Source of the DNA: Lachnospiraceae bacterium UBA3386
Lineage (GTDB): Bacteria > Bacillota > Clostridia > Lachnospirales > Lachnospiraceae
DNA: 55,321 bases
Reading direction: 5' to 3'
Assembly (NCBI GenBank): GCA_002358875.1
Contig: DEPS01000076.1
Location: 2,486 to 57,806 of the forward strand
The position numbers were made by a program, and so were the translations under genes. Below, in pieces: positions 28,059 to 36,035 of this stretch; positions within the stretch are counted from its first letter, which is position 1; each line of letters opens with the position of its first letter. The notes beneath the pieces are model-generated. The model was not told where the DNA came from. It saw nothing but the letters and a program-made list of their open reading frames with translations, and did no database searches.

Positions 28059-29231
28059 ATGTCCATGAACAGGACCCTGGTATATCAGATCAGAAGGCAT
28101 ATGCCGGAAAGCCGTCTTCTGCACAGCCTGCTGGCACAATGGACTCTGCGCCGTTTTAAAAAGCAGCTTATACCTGAAAAATATGTGAAGCAGGGAGAGG
28201 AAGATCCGGCAGCCGTCCCGGAAATCGTAAAGATATTCAAAAAGAAAAGGCCAAAGCAGGTAAAAGCGCTCAGGGACGGCTTTGCCCAGTACCTGGAAAA
28301 AGCCGGTATGCGCTTTAAAAAGAAGGAATACCGCGAGCTTGAGACAAAAATGCTGTTTGACTGCCTGGCTTACGGTTTTGCTCCGGATGAATTTATCTAC
28401 TATCGGCTTAAGGACAAGAGCCCGGAGGAAAAGAAGGCCTATGTGACGGACATCGAACGTAAGATGATCCAGTATATCATGGGAGACTTCAAGGATCTGC
28501 AGTACGTCTTTGACAAGGCGGCTACCTACGAGAAATTCGGCAGCTACTATAAGCGTGATGAGATCAGTATTTCCGGAAAAGCAGATTTTGAAAAATTCAG
28601 AGCCTTTGCCCAAAAGCACGACGAGATGGTCATAAAGCTGGTCTCCTCGTCCTGCGGCAGGGGTGTCACCATCGAGAAGACGGACCGAGACAATCTGAAG
28701 GAACAGTTTGACCGGCTCCTTTCCGCCGGAAAGTGCTCGATCGAAGAGCGGATCGTCCAGTCAAAGATCACGGAAGTCTTCAACGCCTCCTCCGTCAATA
28801 CTCTCCGTTTGACCACCTTTAACACAAAGAGCGGGATCCATATCGGTCCCTGCTTTTTCAGGACCGGAAGGCCCGGAGCCTATGTCGATAATGGAGGATC
28901 GGGGGGCATCCTCGCAGCCGTCAACCGTCAGACAGGCGTTCTGGATACCGAAGGGTGCAACGAGTATCTGGGCAGGTTTGAGAAGCATCCGGCGTCCGGG
29001 ATCCCTTATGTCGGTTTTCAGCTTCCGGAATGGGAAGCCTGTACTGCCATGGCAAAGGAAATGGCGGCTATGATCCCGAGAGTCGGTTATGTGGCCTGGG
29101 ATCTGGCCTACACCGACCGGGGCTGGGTTCTTGTGGAAGCCAATGGCGGCGGACAGTTTTTGACACAGATCTGCTATGAGCGTGGCTGCGCGGAAGAGAT
29201 CAGAGGATACATCAGGGATAAGAAGGACTGA
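28059..29231 (+). CDS. Sugar-transfer-associated ATP-grasp protein
   Basis: 'DK', 'K..SSCGRGV', 'EERIVQ', 'SVNTLR', 'VDN', 'HP.SG', 'VAWD', 'EAN'. Confidence 0.85.
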   Translation: MSMNRTLVYQIRRHMPESRLLHSLLAQWTLRRFKKQLIPEKYVKQGEEDPAAVPEIVKIFKKKRPKQVKALRDGFAQYLEKAGMRFKKKEYRELETKMLFDCLAYGFAPDEFIYYRLKDKSPEEKKAYVTDIERKMIQYIMGDFKDLQYVFDKAATYEKFGSYYKRDEISISGKADFEKFRAFAQKHDEMVIKLVSSSCGRGVTIEKTDRDNLKEQFDRLLSAGKCSIEERIVQSKITEVFNASSVNTLRLTTFNTKSGIHIGPCFFRTGRPGAYVDNGGSGGILAAVNRQTGVLDTEGCNEYLGRFEKHPASGIPYVGFQLPEWEACTAMAKEMAAMIPRVGYVAWDLAYTDRGWVLVEANGGGQFLTQICYERGCAEEIRGYIRDKKD

Positions 29232-29252
29232 TAATAAAGAGCCTGGGGGGTA

Positions 29253-29329
29253 GGTTTAAATGTTTTGCCCGATGGCAAAACATTTAAACCGCATTTGTGC
29301 CGCTTGCGCGCTGCGGCATGGGGTATAAA
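29253..29329 (+). repeat. Dispersed palindromic repeat, best-preserved copy
   Basis: Perfect 17-bp stem GGTTTAAATGTTTTGCC-CGAT-GGCAAAACATTTAAACC (29253-29290), then TGCCGC/GCGGCA hairpin and tail TGGGGTATAAA. Confidence 0.9.
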
Positions 29330-29330
29330 G

Positions 29331-30323
29331 ATGAAGATAGATTTTGTTCTGCTGTGGGTTGACGGGGCTGATATCAACTGGCTCAATGAGAAAAAGCAAT
29401 ATGACAGATCCATTATCGACGCCAGCTCCAGCGCGGCGAGATTCAGGGACTGGGATAATCTCCAGTACTGGTTCCGGGCAGTGGAGAAGTTTGCTCCCTG
29501 GGTCAACCGGATTTTCTTCGTTACCTGGGGGCATACGCCGGCCTGGCTGGATCTGAATCATCCAAAGCTGAGAATCGTAAAACACAGCGATTTTATTCCC
29601 GCGCAGTACCTGCCTACCTACAACTCCAATGCGATCGAACTCAATCTCCACAGGATCCCGGATCTCTCGGAGCATTTTGTCCTTTTCAACGATGACATGT
29701 TCCTCATCAGGCCGGTACAGGAGAGTATGTTCTTTGTGAACGGAAAGCCCTGTGACCAGTTTATAATGAATGCCATTGTGCCCCATTACAATATGCCGAT
29801 CATAGGCCATACCAACGTCAACAATGTCGCGATCATCAATAAATATTTCAAAAAAAGCGATGTGGTGAAAAAACTGCGCACCAGGATCTACAATCCCGGA
29901 AACAGATCCGGAATGATCAGGAACGCACTGCTTTCTTCCTGGGGAGAATTTACGGGCTTTTATAATTTCCACCTGCCCCTTCCCCATTTGAAAAGCACCT
30001 TCCGAACGCTCTGGGACAAAGAATTTGACCAGCTCCACCAGACAAGCCTGAACAGATTCCGCCAGTACAATGATGTCAGCCACTGGCTCATGCGGTACTG
30101 GAACCTGTGTGAGGGAAACTTTGTTCCCAACCGCCTTCAGCCCGGAAAACTGTTTACTGTCAGTCAGAACAACGACAGGGCGGTCAGTTATATCAGAAAG
30201 CGGAAGGGCCCCATGGTATGTATCAACGACAGCATCCAGGATTTTGACTTTGATCAGGCTGTCAGGGAGATCAACAGTGCCCTGGACTTTATCCTTCCCG
30301 TAAAAAGCAGCTTTGAACTTTAA
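29331..30323 (+). CDS. Stealth-family hexose-1-phosphate transferase
   Basis: CR1 IDFVLLWVDG, CR2 RFRDWDNLQYWFR...NSNAIE...FNDD, CR3 H.P.P...RFR, CR4 CIND...SSFE; start moved to ATG 29331 because the upstream ORF extension is repeat DNA. Confidence 0.93.
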   Translation: MKIDFVLLWVDGADINWLNEKKQYDRSIIDASSSAARFRDWDNLQYWFRAVEKFAPWVNRIFFVTWGHTPAWLDLNHPKLRIVKHSDFIPAQYLPTYNSNAIELNLHRIPDLSEHFVLFNDDMFLIRPVQESMFFVNGKPCDQFIMNAIVPHYNMPIIGHTNVNNVAIINKYFKKSDVVKKLRTRIYNPGNRSGMIRNALLSSWGEFTGFYNFHLPLPHLKSTFRTLWDKEFDQLHQTSLNRFRQYNDVSHWLMRYWNLCEGNFVPNRLQPGKLFTVSQNNDRAVSYIRKRKGPMVCINDSIQDFDFDQAVREINSALDFILPVKSSFEL

Positions 30324-30355
30324 AAATGCCAACTCATTTATAAGCAGGGGTACTC

Positions 30356-31228
30356 ATGACCATTTCAGTAATCATACCTACATACAACCGGGCGGCTACG
30401 ATCCGCAGGTCTATCATGAGTGTGCTCGGCCAGACAATAGAGGACCTGGAGCTGATCGTTGTTGACGACTGTTCGACAGACGATACGGCACAGATCGTAT
30501 GCTCAATCCCTGACAAACGGCTGAAATACGTCTGTCTGGAGAAAAATTCCGGTGCCTGTGTGGCGAGAAACAGAGGAATCGAACTGGCTGAGGGTGATCT
30601 GATCGCCTTTCAGGACAGCGATGACGAATGGGTCAGAAATAAGCTGGAGGTCCAGCTGGCGGCGATGAAGGAAAACGGCGCGGATATCTGCTCCTGCTGC
30701 GTGCGCAGACACTATCCCGGAGAACATGGGAAGGTCATAGTCTGGCCAGAACCCGGGAAGATAAAGGAAGGATTTCTGACACATGTCCAGATCCGCAGAA
30801 GATCCTACATGAGCACGCAGACGATCGTGGCTAAAAGAGAGGTGTTTGCCGGTCATAAGTTTGACCCGAAACTCAAAAAGAGCCAGGATTATGACTGGGG
30901 CATACGCGCCAGCAAAGATCACAGTGTCTACTTTACGACACAGGTCCTGGTCGAGCAGTATCTTCAGAAGGACTCCATCACAGTCGGAGGAGCCGGGAAG
31001 ATCGTTGAAGCCATGCAGTATTTACTGAATAAACATAGGGATATCGCCGAGGAAGATCCCGAATTCAAACTTCATCTTCTGAAGTTTATCGCCCACAACA
31101 AGGTGATCTGCGCCCAGGATCCTTACCGGGAATACAAAGAGATACTGAAACTGGAAAAGAACTTCCATAATCTGCTCTGTGTCGTTCTGGCGAGGATGAA
31201 GCTGATCAGGTTCGTGATCAGAAAGTGA
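30356..31228 (+). CDS. GT2 glycosyltransferase
   Basis: SVIIPTYNR, DDCSTD, ARNRG, FQDSDD, QD. Confidence 0.92.
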   Translation: MTISVIIPTYNRAATIRRSIMSVLGQTIEDLELIVVDDCSTDDTAQIVCSIPDKRLKYVCLEKNSGACVARNRGIELAEGDLIAFQDSDDEWVRNKLEVQLAAMKENGADICSCCVRRHYPGEHGKVIVWPEPGKIKEGFLTHVQIRRRSYMSTQTIVAKREVFAGHKFDPKLKKSQDYDWGIRASKDHSVYFTTQVLVEQYLQKDSITVGGAGKIVEAMQYLLNKHRDIAEEDPEFKLHLLKFIAHNKVICAQDPYREYKEILKLEKNFHNLLCVVLARMKLIRFVIRK

Positions 31229-31284
31229 AAAGACAAACCCTGCTGACCGGGTGACGGACCATTATTGCGGCATGGGAGGAAAAG

Positions 31285-32457
31285 ATGAAAGTAGGTATTT
31301 TGACCTATCACCGCTCTGTCAATTTCGGGGCATACCTGCAGGCATGCGCTCTTTGTTCGCGTCTCAATCAGGAGGACTGGATCGAGGCGGAGCTGATCGA
31401 TTACAGAATGCTTCGCGAGGTCAAAAAATATGACGTCAGGACTTTTCCGCTTAAGAGAAAGCTGGCGTGGATCAAGAACGGCAATTATTTTTTTGAGAAA
31501 AAAAGAATGCAGGCGTTTGAGTCTGCCTGGAAAAACCCTGTCATGAAGCGGTCCTCCGATTCCCTCACGAGTGATTCCCTGGAGGAATTCTCCGCATTTG
31601 TCAGGGGAAAATACGACGTCATCGTGGCGGGCAGCGACGAGATCTGGAAGGTCAATAATTTCCGGGGCTTTCCCAGCGCCTACTGGCTCCCGGGCGATCT
31701 CGGGTGCAGAAAAATGTCCTACGCGGCTTCCGCCAGAGTGGTTTTTTCAGAGGTCCTGTCTCCTTCGGAGCAGGAGCTTCTCCGGAGCTTTGTACAGGAT
31801 TTTGACTATCTGGGAGTAAGGGATCAGATGACCCTGGATGAGATCAGAAAAGCAGCCGCCTCCGGGCAAAAGGCCGGGATATGCTGCGATCCGTCCTTTT
31901 TATCTGATTTCGACCTGACCGGCGTCAGCATTGACGGTATCCTGAAGAAATGCTGCAGATCTTCAAAGGGCAGAAAAACCATCATGGTCATGGTCGATGA
32001 CAAAAAGACGGCTGAGAAGATCCGACGTGATCTCGGAGGAAAATACAATCTGATCTCTGTTTTCCATAAACACAAAGGATATATCAATATTCCCGGGATC
32101 GAGCCCCTGCAGTGGCTGAAACTGATCGAAACAGTGGATTTTGTCATATCCTCTTTTTTTCATGCCATATGCTTCAGCATCATAAAAAACAAACCCTTCC
32201 TTGCCGTCGGGACCAGAGCAGGAAAACAGGGAAAACTGACAGATCTTCTGTCAACCGATGATCTGAAGGCTCGTTATATACCCGCTCAGAATCCGGGGAC
32301 CGATTTTGACAGCCTGGTCAAAGAGAAAATGGTCCCTGTGGACTTTAAAACCTTTGTTTCACAAAAAAGAGACTCGTTTGGTACTTTTCTGGATGCAATG
32401 CGGAGCCTGGAGCAGCAGCTGCCGGACCGTGAAGGTTCTCCTGAAAAGAGAAAGTAA
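31285..32457 (+). CDS. Polysaccharide pyruvyl transferase family protein
   Basis: NFGAYLQA, GSDEIW, SYAAS, GVRD, DPSFL, FFHA, KPF. Confidence 0.88.
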   Translation: MKVGILTYHRSVNFGAYLQACALCSRLNQEDWIEAELIDYRMLREVKKYDVRTFPLKRKLAWIKNGNYFFEKKRMQAFESAWKNPVMKRSSDSLTSDSLEEFSAFVRGKYDVIVAGSDEIWKVNNFRGFPSAYWLPGDLGCRKMSYAASARVVFSEVLSPSEQELLRSFVQDFDYLGVRDQMTLDEIRKAAASGQKAGICCDPSFLSDFDLTGVSIDGILKKCCRSSKGRKTIMVMVDDKKTAEKIRRDLGGKYNLISVFHKHKGYINIPGIEPLQWLKLIETVDFVISSFFHAICFSIIKNKPFLAVGTRAGKQGKLTDLLSTDDLKARYIPAQNPGTDFDSLVKEKMVPVDFKTFVSQKRDSFGTFLDAMRSLEQQLPDREGSPEKRK

Positions 32458-32462
32458 TAAAT

Positions 32463-33875
32463 ATGAGCAGAGAGAGGGAACTTGTAAAAAATACATTCGT
32501 GCTGTCTCTTGGTAAGCTGCTTCCCAAGCTGACGTCGTTTGTCACGCTTCCGATTCTGACGGCTTATCTGACAAAAGCGGAGTACGGCACCTATGACCTC
32601 ATAGCCACACTGGTCATGCTGGTCATACCTATTGCCACACTGCAGATCCAGGCAGCGGCTTTCCGCTATCTGATAGACTGCCGGGGCAATAAAGAGGAAT
32701 CTTCGAGGATCATATCGAATATCTTCGTTGTCACGATTCCTGTCACGATCCTGACAAGTTATATCATCCAGTTTTTCTTTTCCGGATTTGACCCCTATGT
32801 ACGAATTCTGATCGTGCTGTATTTTTTTCTTGATACAATTCATCTTACAGTCGGCCAGGTCACGAGAGGACTGGGAAAAAACAAGGTTTTTTCCATCGGT
32901 TCTATTCTCCTGTCCGTGAGCTATATGTGCGCCATTGTCGCGGGCGTCTATCTGTTAAAGGCCGGACTTGCAGGTGTCATCGCTTCTCTTGCCTTTGCCC
33001 AGTTTATCGGGACGGCTTACCTGGCAGGAACCATCCACCTGTTTTCCTACCTGTCTCTTAAGCTGGTCTCCCTGGATCAGATCAGGGAGCTTCTTTCGTA
33101 TTCCTGGCCCATGGTGCCCAACAACCTGTCCACATGGGTGCTCAAGCTTTCGGACCGCCTGGTGATCACCGGATTTTTGGGAGTCGAGGCAAACGCTGTT
33201 TACGCTGTCGCGAACAAAATCCCCAACCTGCTGTCGATCGCTCAGTCGATCATGGTGATGGCCTGGCAGGAGAACGCGTCCCTGGCCGCAAAGGACGAGG
33301 ATGCGGACGCCTATTACAGCAAAATGCTCGACAGAGTCTTTAACCTGATGTTCGGCTGTACCGCCATCCTGATCGCGGCTACGCCTATCCTTTTCCGGAT
33401 CCTGATCCGGGGTGATTATGACGAAGCCTATTATCAGATGCCGGTGCTGATCCTGGCCATGTTTTTCTTTGTGATGTCCTCTTATTTTGGCGGGATCTAC
33501 ATTGCTCATAAGAAAACAGTCAATGTCGGCATTTCGACCATGGCTGCCGCGGCGGTCAATCTCGGCATCGATCTTGCCTTTGTCAATGTGATCGGGATCT
33601 GGGCGGGATCGATCTCCACGCTGACGGCCTATGTCGTGCTCTATTTCTACCGGATGTTCAACAGCCGCAGCTTCCAGCCCATGAAGGTGAACTACAAAAA
33701 ACAGGCGGGTCTCATAGCAATCCTGACAGCTCTCCTCATCAGCTGCTTTATGAGGCGCACTGTCCTGAATATCCTCAATATTGCGGCTGCACTGATACTG
33801 TTCTGGATCTTCAACCGGGAAGCTGCTGAGCAGGGACTGAGGAAAATCCTGAGAAAGTTCACGAAAAGGGCATAA
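32463..33875 (+). CDS. Wzx-type flippase
   Basis: LVKNT, LPILT..L...EYG.YD, YSWPMVPN, SDR, YAVANKIP; multi-pass. Confidence 0.9.
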   Translation: MSRERELVKNTFVLSLGKLLPKLTSFVTLPILTAYLTKAEYGTYDLIATLVMLVIPIATLQIQAAAFRYLIDCRGNKEESSRIISNIFVVTIPVTILTSYIIQFFFSGFDPYVRILIVLYFFLDTIHLTVGQVTRGLGKNKVFSIGSILLSVSYMCAIVAGVYLLKAGLAGVIASLAFAQFIGTAYLAGTIHLFSYLSLKLVSLDQIRELLSYSWPMVPNNLSTWVLKLSDRLVITGFLGVEANAVYAVANKIPNLLSIAQSIMVMAWQENASLAAKDEDADAYYSKMLDRVFNLMFGCTAILIAATPILFRILIRGDYDEAYYQMPVLILAMFFFVMSSYFGGIYIAHKKTVNVGISTMAAAAVNLGIDLAFVNVIGIWAGSISTLTAYVVLYFYRMFNSRSFQPMKVNYKKQAGLIAILTALLISCFMRRTVLNILNIAAALILFWIFNREAAEQGLRKILRKFTKRA

Positions 33876-33898
33876 GAACCGTTCCGGAGGTATTTTTC

Positions 33899-34732
33899 AT
33901 GATTGAACTGACTAATGAACCCCTGTACAAACACACAACGGTCCGCCTGGGAGGAATCGCCAGAAGCTACCGGATCCCCGAATCCCTGGAGGAACTCTGC
34001 ACACTTGTCAAAGAGGAGCATCCAAAGTATTATATAGGTGGAGGCTCCAATCTCCTGATAGCGGACCGGGAATTTGACCTTGTGGTTGATCTGCACAGAT
34101 TCAACAATGAGCTGACCCATCTCGGAAAAGGAAGATTCCGCGCCGGCGCTTCCGTGAGGCTCCAGGAACTTATAAACGGCATAAATCAGGCAGGATATGG
34201 CGGGATCGAATATCTTTATTCCGTCCCGGGACTTGTAGGCGGAGCGATCGTCATGAATGCAGGACGTGGAAAAAATTACCACAGGACGATATCGGATTAC
34301 ATTGTGTCCGTCGATGTTCTGCGCGGCGGAAAAACCGTGACGCTTACAAGAAGTGAATGTGCTTTCTCCCACCGCAGCTCCTGCTTTAAAAACAGTGAAG
34401 ACATCGTTCTCGGATGCCTTTTTGATTTTCCCGGGATGACGCAGGAGGAGACAGCGTCCCTCAAAAAAGAAAGACTGGAGCTGTGCAAAAAGAAACAGGA
34501 TACGTCCAGGCCGAATTTTGGTTCGGTCTTTTGCGAAAAAAATGACAGGATCATGCGGTATGTACAGAAGCATGAGACAGGCGGAAAAGTTCATTTTTCC
34601 AAAAAGACGCCAAACTGGATCATCAATGACGGGGGTTCCTTTAAAGAGGCGGTCGGAGCCATAAAGAAAGTTGAGCTCATGCACAGGCTTCTTTTCAGAA
34701 AATGCGTCCGCGAAGTTGTTGTATGGGAATAG
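33899..34732 (+). CDS. MurB-like FAD-dependent enolpyruvyl reductase paralogue
   Basis: HTT.RLGG.A, IGGGSNLL, VPGLVGGAIVMNAG, FSHRSS, Q...PNFGSVF, terminal REV; C-terminal domain shorter/divergent. Confidence 0.85.
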   Translation: MIELTNEPLYKHTTVRLGGIARSYRIPESLEELCTLVKEEHPKYYIGGGSNLLIADREFDLVVDLHRFNNELTHLGKGRFRAGASVRLQELINGINQAGYGGIEYLYSVPGLVGGAIVMNAGRGKNYHRTISDYIVSVDVLRGGKTVTLTRSECAFSHRSSCFKNSEDIVLGCLFDFPGMTQEETASLKKERLELCKKKQDTSRPNFGSVFCEKNDRIMRYVQKHETGGKVHFSKKTPNWIINDGGSFKEAVGAIKKVELMHRLLFRKCVREVVVWE

Positions 34733-34745
34733 AGCGGGAAATAAA

Positions 34746-36035
34746 TTGGATAAATATATCTGTATTGATCTATTCGGGAAAAAAGTGAATATCTCCCTTT
34801 TGTGCGCCATTGCGTTTTTATATTTTGGAAGATATTCTCTTTTGTCCTTTGCAAAAACCTTCTCCATCAGCACGGCGCTTGTAGGCGGCTCCATGCTGCT
34901 GCTTTTTGTGGCGGCGCTGGCCGTCTATACAGCATGCAGGCCGGACAATATCTGCTGGGACGGCATTATGCTGGTCCTGTTCATGATTCTGTTCTTTGCA
35001 GTCACCCTCATCCTTCATCCCGAATATATGAACAGATATCTGGATGTGAGGCGTGACGGAAGCTTTGGCAGGGATGCAGTTTTCAAATTCGGAGCAGGCA
35101 TCTATACCTACTATCTGATCCGGCTGTTCCACCGCGAGGGGAAAAAGCTGTACAGGTTCTTCCGTTTCCATGCCTACATCATCCTGTTTTTTGAGATCTG
35201 GGTCATGTTTTTCGCCAGATCCGAGGAATACAACCTGGTGTTCGGCTATAATCTGGAGATGTCGGCCATACTCTTTATGGCCATGTATCTGAGTGAGAAA
35301 AAAAACATCCATCATCTGATCCTGAGCGGAGCGGCCATCATGGCAGCTGTCCTCTACGGTGCCAGAGCCTGTATTATCGGCTATGTCGTTTTTGTGGCTG
35401 TTTATTTTATCTGGAAGAACAGACTGGATAAAAAACAGATATTTCTGACCGTCATGGGACTGATCGCGGCTGTTTCCTTTTTGTCGCCGCCGATCATGGG
35501 AGTCGTTTACAGTATCTTCGCCTCTATGGGATTAAAATCCAGGACCCTCTATCTTCTCGCGTCAGGAAATATCATGGCAGTGGACACTTCGCGCCAGGAT
35601 AAGATATGGCCGATCCTGGTCAAAGCCCTGCAGGAGTCGTCCCTCTTCAAAATGTACGGAGCTTTCGGCGACAGGGTCTTTCTGTCCATGTATTATCCCT
35701 ACTCACACAATCTTTTTCTTGAGATCCTGATGACCTTCGGCAAGGTCTTCGGAGGAGCCTTCATTATCTGGATGTTTGTTCAGCTGATCATTGTGATCAG
35801 GTGCAACAAGGATGAGTACGGGCTGGTGACCATCATCCTCGGTTGTTATTCTCTCTGTAAACTGGTATTTTCAAATACATTCTGGCAGGAGACTTATTTC
35901 TGGTCTTTTCTTGCCATGCTGATCAACTGTGCTCTGCAGCGCCGCAGAGTCAGGAACACAAAGCCGCCGCTGTTCGATGCGGCGGCTCATGAGACTTTCC
36001 AAAACGATCTGCCGGGAGGAAAAAATGATGAATAA
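34746..36035 (+). CDS. Wzy-type polysaccharide polymerase (Wzy_C/ligase family)
   Basis: Multi-pass; GARA, SR, YSHNLFLEI..TFG; start set to TTG 34746 to avoid overlap with the MurB-like gene (uncertain). Confidence 0.75.
   Translation: MDKYICIDLFGKKVNISLLCAIAFLYFGRYSLLSFAKTFSISTALVGGSMLLLFVAALAVYTACRPDNICWDGIMLVLFMILFFAVTLILHPEYMNRYLDVRRDGSFGRDAVFKFGAGIYTYYLIRLFHREGKKLYRFFRFHAYIILFFEIWVMFFARSEEYNLVFGYNLEMSAILFMAMYLSEKKNIHHLILSGAAIMAAVLYGARACIIGYVVFVAVYFIWKNRLDKKQIFLTVMGLIAAVSFLSPPIMGVVYSIFASMGLKSRTLYLLASGNIMAVDTSRQDKIWPILVKALQESSLFKMYGAFGDRVFLSMYYPYSHNLFLEILMTFGKVFGGAFIIWMFVQLIIVIRCNKDEYGLVTIILGCYSLCKLVFSNTFWQETYFWSFLAMLINCALQRRRVRNTKPPLFDAAAHETFQNDLPGGKNDE

Noticed and set aside
29265..29330. 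N-terminal extension of the Stealth ORF in the ORF track
   Set aside because: It is translated repeat DNA; the Stealth CR1 motif starts right after ATG 29331
33899..34732. Naming the gene housekeeping murB
   Set aside because: Context inside a Wzx/Wzy block and a divergent C-terminal domain; cannot be decided without the rest of the genome
35929..36024. Long 5' overlaps implied by ORF-track starts (also 7456, 11089, 34671, 37565, 41242)
   Set aside because: Downstream starts fit better with SD sites, stop-start coupling or promoter position
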